Assembly (NCBI GenBank): GCA_044223005.1
Contig: JBGAML010000003.1
Location: 224,001 to 288,000 of the forward strand
DNA length: 64,000 nucleotides
Direction of reading: 5' to 3'
From: Candidatus Eiseniibacteriota bacterium
GTDB lineage: Bacteria; Eisenbacteria; RBG-16-71-46
Notes under the pieces: model-generated
Databases searched by the model: none
What the model was told of the DNA's origin: nothing
Seen by the model: the letters and a program-made list of their open reading frames with translations, nothing else
Part shown: one piece after another, positions 47,642 to 57,897 of the stretch
Numbering within the stretch: the stretch's first letter is position 1
Layout of the letters: each line of letters begins with the position of its first letter
Translations under genes and position numbers: made by a program

Positions 47642-48931
47642 ATGGAAGAACCGGCACGGCCGCGCCTGTGGGGCAAGCAGCTGCTCAAGACCGGCCTGTT
47701 CGCCGGGGGCAGCCTGCTCGTGGCCGCCGTGTTCCTCTTCACCTGGCAGACCGCCGGGCAGCTGTCCAAGGAGGTCATGACGACCTCGCAGCTGCTCGCG
47801 GAGTTCAGCGCGCAGGCGTCCGTGCTCGCGACGCGGGATCCCGCGCTGCACGAGATCTTCGCCCGGCTGATCGACCACGTCGATTTCCCGATCGTGATCA
47901 CGGACAACACCGGCCTGCCGCGCGCGTGGCACGCGGTCACCGCGCCCGGCGACACCGTCTCGATCGAGACGCTCGACAGTCTCGCCATGAATCGTCCCGT
48001 GGCGCCCGTCATGGCGGCGCGCGTCGAGCGGCTCAAGGCGCGCATCGCCGAACTCGACCGGCGGCACCGGCCGATCCCGGTGAACCTGCCGGGCACCGTG
48101 ATTCCCATGGGCCACCTGCACTACGGCGACCCGCCGACGATCGCGCGGCTGCGCTGGATGCCCTACGCGACGCTCGGTGGAACCGGACTGCTGCTCCTGC
48201 TCGGGCTCTCCGGCCTCGCCGGCATCCGGCAGGCGGAAAAGCGCACGATCTGGGTCGGTATGGCCAAGGAAACCGCACACCAGCTCGGCACGCCGCTCTC
48301 GAGCCTGCTCGGCTGGATCGAGTTGCTGCGAGCGCACGTCGAATCGGCGCCGCCCGGCGGGCAGGTGCAGATCGCGACGGCCGAGCTCGCCGAGACGCTG
48401 GACGACATGGAGCGCGACGTCGAGCGCCTGAACAAGGTCGCGCAGCGGTTCAGCCAGATCGGCTCGACGCCGCAGCTGCAGCTGCAGGACGTCACGCCCG
48501 TCGTGCGCGAGGCCGTGCAGTACGTGCGGCGGCGGCTGCCGCAGCGCCAGGGCGACGTCGAGATCCGCGAGCGCTACGAGGAGGTGCCGCCTATCAACCT
48601 CAATCGCGAGCTGATCGAGTGGGCGGTCGAGAACCTGCTCACGAACGCGGTCACCGCGATGGACAAGAAGCCGGGCGTGATCGAGGTCTCGGTCGAACGC
48701 CGCGCCGAGACCGAGGAAGTGGAGATCGCCGTCACGGACAACGGGCGCGGCATGTCGCGCGACGAGCAGCGCCGGGCGTTCGAGCCGGGCTACTCGACCA
48801 AGCGCCGCGGCTGGGGACTCGGGCTCGCGCTCGCGCGGCGCGTGATCGAGGAGTACCACGCGGGCCGCATCGGCATCCGCGAGAGCGCGCCGGGGCAGGG
48901 CACCACGATGGTGATCCGCTTCCCCACGTAG
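47642..48931 (+). CDS. Membrane sensor histidine kinase (FCB-type)
   Basis: Two TMs; WVGMAKETAHQLGTPLSSL H-box, ENLLTNA, DNGRG, GYSTK, GWGLGL. Confidence 0.92.
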   Translation: MEEPARPRLWGKQLLKTGLFAGGSLLVAAVFLFTWQTAGQLSKEVMTTSQLLAEFSAQASVLATRDPALHEIFARLIDHVDFPIVITDNTGLPRAWHAVTAPGDTVSIETLDSLAMNRPVAPVMAARVERLKARIAELDRRHRPIPVNLPGTVIPMGHLHYGDPPTIARLRWMPYATLGGTGLLLLLGLSGLAGIRQAEKRTIWVGMAKETAHQLGTPLSSLLGWIELLRAHVESAPPGGQVQIATAELAETLDDMERDVERLNKVAQRFSQIGSTPQLQLQDVTPVVREAVQYVRRRLPQRQGDVEIRERYEEVPPINLNRELIEWAVENLLTNAVTAMDKKPGVIEVSVERRAETEEVEIAVTDNGRGMSRDEQRRAFEPGYSTKRRGWGLGLALARRVIEEYHAGRIGIRESAPGQGTTMVIRFPT

Positions 48932-48948
48932 GAGCGGCGCGCTTCACG

Positions 48949-49002
48949 ACGCGCGAGGCGGCCCCGGGGTCCCCGCCGGGGCCGCCCGGCCGCCTCGCGC
49001 GT
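48949..49002. terminator. Hairpin between convergent genes
   Basis: acgcgcgaggcggcc ... ggccgcctcgcgcgt, 15-bp arms. Confidence 0.55.
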
Positions 49003-49017
49003 TTCGCGGCCGGAGCG

Positions 49018-49890
49018 CTACTCGGACAACTCGAGCGTCACGCCCCCGTCGCCGGTGCGGACGCGCAGCGGCACCGTGCCGCCGTTGAGCGTGCCGCGCA
49101 CCGCGTGCTCCGAGAACGAATCCTTGCCCGCGATCGGCAGGTCCACGCGCACGCGGCCGTCGCGCGTGGCGACGTCGAGCAGGGCCTTCAGGTCGCGCGG
49201 GATCCGCAGCGTGACGCGGCCGTCGCCCGATTCGATCCGCCATTCGTCGGCGAGGCGCGAGCCGGGACGCGCGTCCACCGTCATGTGGCCGTCGCCCGTG
49301 CGCGCGTCGACCCGGTCGAACCGCCCCGAGAGATCCATGCCGCCGTCGCCCGTGTGCGCCGTGACCACGCCGTCGAGGCCCTCGGCGTCGATGCCGCCGT
49401 CGCCGGTCCAGAGGCGGATGCGCCCGCGGCCGCCCTTCAGCGTCACGCGGCCATCACCCGTCTCGAGGTCCACGCTGCCGTTCAGCGCGTCCGACTCGAC
49501 CGCGCCGTCGCCGCTGCGCACGCGCAGGTCGCAGTCCGGCGGCACCGTGACGTCGATGTGGAACGTCTCGCTGACGCCGCCGAAGAACACCACCGTCGTG
49601 CGCGAGCCCACGTTCGCGACGACGTCGATCGAATCGCCCTGCCGGGTCATCTCGACCGTCGGGCCGTGCAGCGTGCTGTGCAGGCCCCACACCTTGACGA
49701 GGTACTCGACCTGGGCCGTGACGCGGCCCGCGCCGCCGCGATGCACGCGCACGTGCCCGTCGTCGGTGCGGACGTGGATCGTGGGATGCGCACCCACGGT
49801 CCAGTCCTGCGACCAGGTGCGGGCGTGGGCGGGGGCGACGGCCAGCGTCGCGGCGAGCAGGGGAACGGCGAGGACGGCGGACCAGCGCAT
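49018..49890 (-). CDS. DUF4097 (adhesin-like) beta-strand-repeat exported protein
   Basis: Signal peptide; many (T/S)GDG-x-V/I repeats; GGAGG SD. Confidence 0.85.
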   Translation of the reverse strand: MRWSAVLAVPLLAATLAVAPAHARTWSQDWTVGAHPTIHVRTDDGHVRVHRGGAGRVTAQVEYLVKVWGLHSTLHGPTVEMTRQGDSIDVVANVGSRTTVVFFGGVSETFHIDVTVPPDCDLRVRSGDGAVESDALNGSVDLETGDGRVTLKGGRGRIRLWTGDGGIDAEGLDGVVTAHTGDGGMDLSGRFDRVDARTGDGHMTVDARPGSRLADEWRIESGDGRVTLRIPRDLKALLDVATRDGRVRVDLPIAGKDSFSEHAVRGTLNGGTVPLRVRTGDGGVTLELSE

Positions 49891-49928
49891 GACGGACCTC
49901 CGGTGGGAGTGGATCGCTCGTCCGACCA

Positions 49929-49954
49929 TACGGCGGGGCCGGGGGCCGGGTTGC
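49929..49954 (-). promoter_or_regulatory. ECF-type promoter for the DUF4097 gene
   Basis: GCAACC-N16-CGTA on the minus strand. Confidence 0.55.
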
Positions 49955-50064
49955 CCGGCAACCGGCCCGCCGGCGCCGCGACCGCCGGACGGTCCGGCTG
50001 CCGGGATGAACGGTCGTGCCCCCACCGGAGGAGCGCCGGCGGGGGCACGGGGCGGCCGTGGCGG

Positions 50065-52035
50065 TCAGTGGATCCGGAAGCGCTCCACCACCGCGAGCAG
50101 CTTCTCGCTGGCGTCCGTGGACTCGCCGGTGGCGGCCGCCAGTTCGCCGGCGCGCCCCGCCATCTGCCGGACGGCGCCGTCCATCTCGTCCATGGCGCAG
50201 CGCACCTCGTCCAGGCCCGCCGACTGCTCCGCGCTCGCGCGGGCGATCTCGGCCACGCGCTGGCCCGCGTCGCGCACCGCGGCGACGATCTGTTCGAGGT
50301 TCTCGCCCGAGCGGCGCACCAGTTGCGCGCCGGCATTCACGCGGTCGTCGGTCTCCCGCACCAGCTCGCGGATGTCCTTCGCGCTCGCCGCGCAGCGGCC
50401 CGCCAGCTGGCGCACCTCCGCAGCGACCACGGCGAAGCCGCGGCCCTGCTCCCCGGCGCGCGCGGCCTCGACCGCGGCATTCAGCGCGAGCAGGTTGGTA
50501 CGGAACGCGATCTCGTCGATCACTTCGACGATTTCGGTGATGCGCCGCGCCTGCGTCTCGACCTGGTGCATGGCGTCGACGGCGTCGCGCACCACGGCGC
50601 CGCCCTGCTCGGCGACCGTCCGCGCGTCGCCGGCGCTGCGGTGCGCCGCGCGCGCCGCTTCGGCCGTGCGCTGCGTCGTGTCGGCCAGCTGCTGCACGCG
50701 GCCGTTCGTCGCGTCGAGCCGCTCGGCCTGCTCGCGCGACGTCGCCGCGAGGTCGTCGCTCGCCGCGGCGTAGGCCCGCGAGGTCTCGCGCAGCACGCCG
50801 CCCGCCTCGCGCGCCTCGCGCATCGCCTCGCGCGTGCTGCCCACCGCGCGATCGAGCGCCGTGGCGAGCCGCGCGAGCTCGTCCTCGCCCGGGACCGCGA
50901 GCGTCTGCGTGAGGTCACCCTCGGCCACGCGCTCCAGCACGGCGACGCCGCGCCCGAGGGGCGCGAGCACGCGGCGCGCGGTCCAGCCGGCCGCGGCGAC
51001 GATCGGCACCAGCGCGAGCAGCAGCCCGGCCAGCACCGCGAACGTCGTCGCGCGCACCGGCGCGAGCACCGTGGAGCGGGGCACCGTGACCACGAGCGCC
51101 CACACCTCCGCGCTCGTCCCGACGCGGAACGGCACCAGCGTGCGCTCGACCTCGGTGCGCAGCCACGGGTCGCGCCCCACGAGCCGCACCGCTTCTCCGC
51201 GTCCGAGCGCGGGCCAGATCCGCGCGAGATCGCCCAACTCCGACGCCGGGTGGCCGAGCCGCGACGGGTCCGGATGGCTCACCCACAGGCCGCCCTGGCT
51301 CACGAGCCCGAGCACGCCGTCGCCCATCGGGTGGTGCGCCGACAGCCGGCGCTGCACGTCCGAGAGCGCGACGTCCGCGCCCGCGACCGCGATGAACCGG
51401 CCGCGGTCCCAGAACGGCACGCACAGGCTCGTCATCAGGATCGAGTCGCGTCCGACCATGTCCTTGTATGGCTCCATCAGCATCTCGCGCCCGGCGCGCC
51501 GCGGCAGCCAGTAGAAGTCGCCCGATTCGTAGCCCGGCGACGTGGGCTGCGGCTTCAGCCCTTCTTCGCGCCGCACCCACCACGGCATGAACCGTCCCTG
51601 CTCGTCGGCGTCTGGCTGGCCGCGGTGCGCGGCGTCGGCGCCGTCGAACGTTTCGCGATCGAACTCCACCCACGTGCCCACCGCCTGCGGCACGCGCGCC
51701 ACGGCCCGCGCCACGAGGGACTCGGCGAGCGCCCGCGACGGGGCACCCGAACGCCGCAGGACGACGATACCGTCCGCGAGATTGCGCGCCGTCTGGAACG
51801 GAACCTCGAACGCGGGGTAGACCTCGTCGGCGCTCGCGCGCGCGATCGCCTCGAGCTGCGCGTGCGCGTTGCGCTCCGCCTGCGAGTGGAGTCGCAGGGA
51901 GAGCCCCACGGCGAGAGTGCCCAGCACCACGGCCGCGACCAGGACCTGCGACAGCGCGAGGCGCCGGGCGATGCTGCGGCGGCCCGCGCGCGCGAGCGCG
52001 CCGGGCAGGAACGAGGCGAGGCGTCCGATGTTCAT
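50065..52035 (-). CDS. Methyl-accepting chemotaxis protein (Cache-HAMP-MA)
   Basis: Two TMs, Cache motifs (GRFMPWW, MEPYKD), [38 protein letters not shown]. Confidence 0.95.
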   Translation of the reverse strand: MNIGRLASFLPGALARAGRRSIARRLALSQVLVAAVVLGTLAVGLSLRLHSQAERNAHAQLEAIARASADEVYPAFEVPFQTARNLADGIVVLRRSGAPSRALAESLVARAVARVPQAVGTWVEFDRETFDGADAAHRGQPDADEQGRFMPWWVRREEGLKPQPTSPGYESGDFYWLPRRAGREMLMEPYKDMVGRDSILMTSLCVPFWDRGRFIAVAGADVALSDVQRRLSAHHPMGDGVLGLVSQGGLWVSHPDPSRLGHPASELGDLARIWPALGRGEAVRLVGRDPWLRTEVERTLVPFRVGTSAEVWALVVTVPRSTVLAPVRATTFAVLAGLLLALVPIVAAAGWTARRVLAPLGRGVAVLERVAEGDLTQTLAVPGEDELARLATALDRAVGSTREAMREAREAGGVLRETSRAYAAASDDLAATSREQAERLDATNGRVQQLADTTQRTAEAARAAHRSAGDARTVAEQGGAVVRDAVDAMHQVETQARRITEIVEVIDEIAFRTNLLALNAAVEAARAGEQGRGFAVVAAEVRQLAGRCAASAKDIRELVRETDDRVNAGAQLVRRSGENLEQIVAAVRDAGQRVAEIARASAEQSAGLDEVRCAMDEMDGAVRQMAGRAGELAAATGESTDASEKLLAVVERFRIH

Positions 52036-52113
52036 CCGGGCTCCGGAAACGGGGAAAGGCGCCGCGCACGGGGCCGGCGTGCGGCTCGCGCGAAACGTGG
52101 CGAACCCCCGGAA

Positions 52114-52140
52114 GTCTCGGCGGTTCGCGCGCGGACTGGA
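52114..52140 (-). promoter_or_regulatory. Sigma28 (FliA)-like promoter for the MCP
   Basis: TCCAGTCC-N11-GCCGAGAC resembles TAAAGTTT-N11-GCCGATAA. Confidence 0.45.
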
Positions 52141-52278
52141 GGCGTTCCGGCGACGCGTCCCGGCCGCCCGCAAGTGACGGCGAGCAGGGCCGCAGCGGCG
52201 TTGGCCGCTGCGGCGCGCGCGGCCTTATAGTGACTTCGCGCTCCCCGCTGCGGGGGAGCCACAACCCATCGAGGCACC

Positions 52279-53874
52279 ATGGCCACCGATTCGACCCGCA
52301 GGATCCTCTGGGCCGACGACGAGATCGATCTTCTCAAGCCGCACATCCGCTTCCTGGAGCAGAAGGGCTACGCGGTCACCGCGGTGCCCAATGGCGAGGA
52401 CGCGCTCGCCGCGCTCGAGAAGGAGCGCTTCGACGTGCTCCTGATCGACGAGATGATGCCGGGCCTGGGCGGTCTCGAGACGCTGGACCAGCTCAAGGCG
52501 CGCGGGCTCGCGCTCCCGGTCGTGCTCATCACGAAGAGTGAAGAGGAGCGGCTCATGGAGGAGGCGATCGGCAAGCGCATCACCGATTACCTCACCAAGC
52601 CCGTCAACCCTTCGCAGGTGTTCCTCGCCTGCAAGCGCGTGTTCGACTCGCAGAAGCTGCAGGACTCCCAGCGCGCGCGCGACTACGTCGGCGAGATGCA
52701 GCGCTGGCAGACCATGGACCGGCGCCGGCTCGACTGGCAGGGCTGGGTCGACCTCGCGGTCGACGTCGCCCGCTGGGACGTCGGGCTGGACGGCGCGCCG
52801 GAGGCCGGGCTGCAGCAGGCGCACGGCGACTTCCGCCGCAACCTCAACATCGATTTCGGGCGGCTGGTCGAGACGCAGTATCCCGGCTGGGTGCTCGCGG
52901 CCTCGAAGGGCAAGACGGAAGACCGGCCCATGCTCTCGTGCGACGTCGTCCGCCACGCCGTCGTGCCGCACCTCAAGGCCGGCCGCCGCGTCATGTTCGT
53001 GGTCGTCGACTGCATGCGGCTCGACCAGTGGTTCACGCTGGAGCCGCTGCTCGAGGAGTGGTTCGAGGTCCAGCGCGAGTACTACTGCTCGATCCTGCCG
53101 ACGGCGACGCCCTACTCGCGCAACTCGATCTTCGCCGGTCTCCTGCCCGCGGAACTCCACCGCCGCCATCCGGACCTGTGGCAGGAGAGCAGCAACGACG
53201 AGCGCACGCGCAACCGGTTCGAGCGCCAGCTGATGGACTTCCAGCTCGGGCGGCTCGGCGTCACGCTGCCGACCGCGCCCAAGTACATCAAGGTCTACGA
53301 CCAGGACGAGGCCATCAACACGCGCCGGCAGATCCATTCGCTGGCCGGCATGCCGCTCGTGTCGATGGTGTTCAACTTCCTCGACATCCTCGCGCACGGC
53401 CGCAGCGAGAGCGACATCCTGAAGGAACTGGCGCCCGACGAGGCCGCTTTCCGCGCCGTCATGAAGGCGTGGTTCACGCACTCGCCGCTGTTCGAGATCT
53501 TCCAGGCGCTGTCCACGCAGGACGTGACCGTGGTGGTCACGACCGACCACGGCGCCGTGCTGGGCCGGCGCGCGGCGCTCGTGCACGGCAACCGCGACAC
53601 GTCCACCAACCTGCGCTACAAGTTCGGGCTCAACCTCAACACCGACACCAAGCAGGCCATCATCGTGCGCAAGCCGATGGAGTACCAGCTCCCGGACGAC
53701 GGCGTGAACAAGAACTACGTGCTGGCGCGCGAGGACTACTACTTCGTCTACCCGACCAAGTTCCACGAGTACGAACGCCAGTACCGCGGCTCGTTCCAGC
53801 ACGGCGGCGCCTCCATGGAGGAGATGATCCTGCCGCTCATGACGCTGAAGCCCCGCGCGCCGCGCACGACGTGA
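52279..53874 (+). CDS. porX: PorX-like response regulator (REC + PglZ/alkaline-phosphatase domain)
   Basis: ILWADDEIDLLKPH, DEMMPG, ITKSEEE, DCMRLDQW, SILPTATPYSRN, TTDHG, FQHGGASMEE; upstream of tsaE. Confidence 0.88.
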   Translation: MATDSTRRILWADDEIDLLKPHIRFLEQKGYAVTAVPNGEDALAALEKERFDVLLIDEMMPGLGGLETLDQLKARGLALPVVLITKSEEERLMEEAIGKRITDYLTKPVNPSQVFLACKRVFDSQKLQDSQRARDYVGEMQRWQTMDRRRLDWQGWVDLAVDVARWDVGLDGAPEAGLQQAHGDFRRNLNIDFGRLVETQYPGWVLAASKGKTEDRPMLSCDVVRHAVVPHLKAGRRVMFVVVDCMRLDQWFTLEPLLEEWFEVQREYYCSILPTATPYSRNSIFAGLLPAELHRRHPDLWQESSNDERTRNRFERQLMDFQLGRLGVTLPTAPKYIKVYDQDEAINTRRQIHSLAGMPLVSMVFNFLDILAHGRSESDILKELAPDEAAFRAVMKAWFTHSPLFEIFQALSTQDVTVVVTTDHGAVLGRRAALVHGNRDTSTNLRYKFGLNLNTDTKQAIIVRKPMEYQLPDDGVNKNYVLAREDYYFVYPTKFHEYERQYRGSFQHGGASMEEMILPLMTLKPRAPRTT

Positions 53875-54341
53875 ACGGACCGGTGCGTCGCACGGACTCG
53901 GTGGAGGCCACCGAGCGGCTCGGCGCCGCGTTCGCGCCCGCGCTGCGCGCCGGCGACGTCGTGGTGCTGACGGGCGACCTCGGCGCGGGCAAGACGCGCT
54001 TCGTCGCCGGGCTCGCGCGCGGGCTCGCGCCGCGCGCGCACGTGCGCAGCCCCTCGTTCACGCTGGTCAACGAGTACGCGGGCGAACCCGCGCTGTTCCA
54101 CCTCGATCTCTACCGGCTCGGCACCGGCGAAGTGGACGGGCTCGGGCTCGAGGAATACGCCGAGCGAGGCGTGCTCGCCGTGGAGTGGGGCGAGCGGCTG
54201 CCGTCGGCGTGGCGGGAGGAAGCGCTCGCGCTCGCGTTCGAGGGCGCCGGCGACGAGCCGCGCACCGTGACCGCATCCGCCGCCGCCGGGCGCGGCCTCG
54301 AGCTGCTCGCCGCGTGGCGCGCGCTGCCGGAGGCGCCGTGA
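53871..54341 (+). CDS. tsaE: t6A biosynthesis ATPase TsaE
   Basis: GDLGAGKT, SPSFTLVNEY, HLDLYRL, VEW. Confidence 0.95.
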   Translation: MNGPVRRTDSVEATERLGAAFAPALRAGDVVVLTGDLGAGKTRFVAGLARGLAPRAHVRSPSFTLVNEYAGEPALFHLDLYRLGTGEVDGLGLEEYAERGVLAVEWGERLPSAWREEALALAFEGAGDEPRTVTASAAAGRGLELLAAWRALPEAP

Positions 54342-55510
54342 CCGGCCTCGCGATCGAGTCGGCGACCGACCACGTCGAGGTCGCCGTGATCTCGCCCGAC
54401 GGCGTGCTCGCGCACCTCGTCGAGAACGTGGGCCACGGGCACACGCGCCGACTCACGCCGCTCGTGCGCGAGGCGCTCGCGCAGGCGAACACCGCGCCGC
54501 GCACGCTCGCCTGGGTCGCCGCCGACCTCGGCCCCGGCTCGTTCACCGGTGTGCGCGTCGGGCTCGCCACCGCGCGTGCGTTCGCGCTCGCCGCGGGCGC
54601 CCGGCGCTTCGGCGCCTCGTCGCTGGCCGCACTCGCACACGCCGCGCCCGCGAAGCGCGCGCTGGTCGTGCCGCTCGTGGGCGCCGGCCGGCAGGACGTG
54701 TACGCCGGCTTCTTCCGCACCGCCGGCCGCGGCCGCGTCGCGCTCGTCGCCGCGCCGCGCGTGCTGCGCGCCACCGCCGTGGCCGAAGCCGCCGCCGAGA
54801 CGCTCGCGCTGCTGCCCGGCCACGCGCTGCGCTTCGTCGGCCCCGGTGCCGGCCGCGAGCACGAGCGTCTCGAGGCCGCGTTCCCCGGCTCGACCGCGCC
54901 CGCGTTCCGCCACGACGGCCTCTCGGCGCTCGACCTCGCCGCCGCCGCGCGCGCGCCGTTCGGGCCCGGCGCCGGCCTGCCCGCGACCGGGCACGAGAGC
55001 TCGCCCGTCTACGTGCGCTCGGCGCAGGCCGAGGAGCGCGTGCGGCATGCGCTCACCGGCGAGCGGCCCGTCCGCGTGCGTGCGATGACGCCGGACGACA
55101 TTCCGGCCGTGGTCGCGGTCGAGCGGATCGTGTTCTCGGACCCGTGGGCCGAGTCCTTCTTCCGCGACCTGCTCGGCCAGGCCGGGACGTGGGCGCGGAT
55201 CGCCGAGCGCGACGGCGCGCTGGCCGGCTACGCCGTCACCGCGATCCGGTCGCCGCAGGCCGATCTCGAGAACATCGCCACCGTTCCGGGCCAGCGCCGC
55301 AACGGCGTGGCCCGCACGCTGCTGCTGGACGCGCTGGCCGCGGCCGGGGAACGGGCCGCCGCGCAGGTCGTGCTCGAAGTGCGGGTCAGCAACGACGCCG
55401 CGCAGGCACTCTACCGGGCGCACGGATTCCGGCTCGTCGGGCTGCGTCCGGGGTACTACCGGCATCCCGACGAAGACGCGGTGGTCATGGCCCGGGATCT
55501 GGGCGCCTGA
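54338..55510 (+). CDS. tsaB: TsaB-RimI fusion protein
   Basis: LAIESAT, GPGSFTGVRVG, PVYVR, then without a stop FSDPW, NIATVPGQRRNGVA, LEVRVSN..AQALY..GF...RPGYY. Confidence 0.88.
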   Translation: MTGLAIESATDHVEVAVISPDGVLAHLVENVGHGHTRRLTPLVREALAQANTAPRTLAWVAADLGPGSFTGVRVGLATARAFALAAGARRFGASSLAALAHAAPAKRALVVPLVGAGRQDVYAGFFRTAGRGRVALVAAPRVLRATAVAEAAAETLALLPGHALRFVGPGAGREHERLEAAFPGSTAPAFRHDGLSALDLAAAARAPFGPGAGLPATGHESSPVYVRSAQAEERVRHALTGERPVRVRAMTPDDIPAVVAVERIVFSDPWAESFFRDLLGQAGTWARIAERDGALAGYAVTAIRSPQADLENIATVPGQRRNGVARTLLLDALAAAGERAAAQVVLEVRVSNDAAQALYRAHGFRLVGLRPGYYRHPDEDAVVMARDLGA

Positions 55511-55622
55511 AACCCCGGCCGGCGCCGGGTTGTGCTCCCGGGCCGCATGGGCTACTAAAGGCGGGATGCGGAGGGTCGCCGGCGGCGGCCGCCGCCCCGA
55601 GAGGAAGGAGTCCCGCCCCGCA

Positions 55623-56561
55623 ATGTCCTGGCTCAAGCGCGAACGCACCGGCATCAAGACGACGACGGGCCAGCGGCCCGAGCGCTCCGACGTGCCCGAG
55701 GGTCTCTGGACCAAGTGCGACGGCTGCGGCGAGGCGCTCTTCCAGACCGTGCTCGAGGAGCACCTCTGGACCTGCCCGCATTGCGACCACCACTTCCGCG
55801 TGCCCGCGCGCACCTACGCCGGCTACCTGCTCGACGACGGCAGCTTCGCCGAGCGGCACGTGAACCTGGTGGCGGGCGACCCGCTCGAGTTCCGCGACGC
55901 CAAGATGCGCTACCCCGACCGGCTCGCCGCGGCGCAGAAGGAGACGGGCGAGAAGGATGCCGCGATCGCCGGCGCGGCCACGATCGGTGGCGTGCCCGTG
56001 TCGGTCGCGCTGATGAACTTCTTCTTCATGGGCGGCAGCATGGGCTCGGTCGTGGGCGAGAAGGTCGCGCGTGCGATCGAGGACGGCATCGCCGAACGGC
56101 GCGCGGTCGTGGTGGTCTCGGCCACCGGTGGCGCGCGCATGCAGGAAGGCATCCTCTCGCTCATGCAGATGGCGAAGACCTCGGTGCTGCTGGCGCGGCT
56201 GCGCGAGCAGCGACTGCCGTTCGTCTCCGTGCTCACCGACCCGTCCACGGCCGGCGTGCTCGCTTCGTACGCGTCGCTCGGCGACGTGATCGTGGCCGAG
56301 CCGCGCGCGCTCGTCGGCTTCGCCGGCGCCCGCGTGATCCGGCAGACCATCGGCGAGGACCTGCCGCCCGGCTTCCAGCGCGCCGAGTTCGTGCGCGAGA
56401 AGGGCTTCGTCGACACGATCGTGCACCGCAAGCAGATGCGCACCGAAGTCGGCGCGCTGCTCGGCTATTTCTGGCACAGTACGCGCGGCTTCGCGCCGGA
56501 AGGCGCCGCCTCGCCGCACGCCTACGACCCGAACGCTCCCCGTTCGACTCCGCAGGCCTGA
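55623..56561 (+). CDS. accD: Acetyl-CoA carboxylase carboxyltransferase beta subunit
   Basis: LWTKCDGC..CPHC zinc finger, GGSMGSVVGEK, GGARMQEG, FAGARVI. Confidence 0.96.
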   Translation: MSWLKRERTGIKTTTGQRPERSDVPEGLWTKCDGCGEALFQTVLEEHLWTCPHCDHHFRVPARTYAGYLLDDGSFAERHVNLVAGDPLEFRDAKMRYPDRLAAAQKETGEKDAAIAGAATIGGVPVSVALMNFFFMGGSMGSVVGEKVARAIEDGIAERRAVVVVSATGGARMQEGILSLMQMAKTSVLLARLREQRLPFVSVLTDPSTAGVLASYASLGDVIVAEPRALVGFAGARVIRQTIGEDLPPGFQRAEFVREKGFVDTIVHRKQMRTEVGALLGYFWHSTRGFAPEGAASPHAYDPNAPRSTPQA

Positions 56562-56574
56562 TCCCGACGACCCC

Positions 56575-57897
56575 GTGACCTCGTCGCTGCAGCGCCGCCT
56601 CGAAGCCCTCTGGGGGCTGGAGCGCCGGCGCGACAAACTCGGCCTCGACGGCACGCGCACGCTCCTGTCGGCGCTCGGTGAGCCGCAGGCGCGATTCCGC
56701 GCCGTGCACGTCGCCGGCACCAACGGCAAGGGCTCCGTGTGCGCGCTCGTCGAGCGCGTGCTGCGGGCCGCCGCCGTGCGCACGGGCCTGTTCACGTCGC
56801 CGCACCTCGTCGATTTCCGCGAGCGCATCCGCGTCGACGGCGCCTGGCCCGACGAGGCCGCGCTCGAGGCCCGGCTCGCCGCGATCGAAGCGATCGCCGC
56901 CGGCACCGACCGCACGTTCTTCGAGATCTCGACCGCGCTCGCGTTCGACTGGTTCGCCGGGCAGGCCGTGGACTGGGGCGTGATCGAGGTCGGGCTCGGC
57001 GGGCGGCTCGACACCACCAACGTGCTCGTGCCGCGGATCACCGCGATCACTTCGATCGGGATCGAGCACGCCGAGATCCTCGGCGACACGCACGCGAAGA
57101 TCGCCGCGGAGAAGGCCGGGATCCTCAAGCCCGGCGTGCCCGCGGTGACCGGCGTCGAGCACGACGCCGCCGCGACCGTGATCGCGCACGCCGCGCGTGC
57201 CGTGGGCGCGCCGCTGCACGTGGCGCGCGATCTCGTGGACGTGAAGCAGGCGCAGTACGGCCCGTGGGGCACGCGCCTCACGGTGGAGTGCGAGCCGTGG
57301 GGCACGTTCCAGCTGCAGACGCCGCTGCGCGGCGGGCACCAGCGCGAGAACGCGCGTGTCGCGCTCGCGATCCTGTCGCTGCTCGCGCGTGCGGGCGAGG
57401 TTCGCGTCCCGCTCGCCGCCGTGCGCGCGGGCTTCGCCGAAGTGCGCTGGCCCGGCCGGCTCGAACCGTCGCCGACCGTGCGGCGGCTGTGGTGGGACGG
57501 TGCGCACAACCTGGACGGCCTGCGGCGCATGGCGCACGCGTGGCGTGACGAGATGGGCATGGAGCCCCCCGCGGGGATCGTGTTCGCGACCGCTCGCGAC
57601 AAGGACGCCCGCGCGATGCTGCAGCGGCTCGGGGCGTTCGCGCCCGGCGCGCGGCTCGTGCTCACGCGCACGCGGAGCGAGCGCGCGACGCCGCCCGAGG
57701 TGCTCGCCGAGCACGCGGCCGCGCTCGGGCTCGCGCACGAGATCGCGCCGGGCGTGCGCGAGGCGCTGGAGCCCTGGCTCGACCACGGCTCCGACGGCCG
57801 CGGCCGCGCCGGCGGGCGCGTGCTGCTCTGCGGCTCGCTGTTCGCGGTGGGCGAGGCCATGGAGGCGTTCGGCGGCGCGCCGGGCGAGCGTCAGTGA
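56575..57897 (+). CDS. folC: Folylpolyglutamate/dihydrofolate synthase
   Basis: HVAGTNGKGS, TSPHL, EVGLGGRLDTTN, WPGRLE, DGAHN, GSLF. Confidence 0.95.
   Translation: MTSSLQRRLEALWGLERRRDKLGLDGTRTLLSALGEPQARFRAVHVAGTNGKGSVCALVERVLRAAAVRTGLFTSPHLVDFRERIRVDGAWPDEAALEARLAAIEAIAAGTDRTFFEISTALAFDWFAGQAVDWGVIEVGLGGRLDTTNVLVPRITAITSIGIEHAEILGDTHAKIAAEKAGILKPGVPAVTGVEHDAAATVIAHAARAVGAPLHVARDLVDVKQAQYGPWGTRLTVECEPWGTFQLQTPLRGGHQRENARVALAILSLLARAGEVRVPLAAVRAGFAEVRWPGRLEPSPTVRRLWWDGAHNLDGLRRMAHAWRDEMGMEPPAGIVFATARDKDARAMLQRLGAFAPGARLVLTRTRSERATPPEVLAEHAAALGLAHEIAPGVREALEPWLDHGSDGRGRAGGRVLLCGSLFAVGEAMEAFGGAPGERQ

Noticed and set aside
47668..52230. Very long alternative-frame ORFs (also 57356-61471, 21435-25337, 14264-17377, 25466-28750, 33230-36349)
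   Set aside because: Arg/Ala/Pro-rich shadow frames expected at this GC content; they overlap genes with clear family motifs
52279..53874. PglZ domain as a BREX defence system
   Set aside because: The REC-PglZ architecture next to tsaE is PorX-like, and no brxC/pglX genes are present
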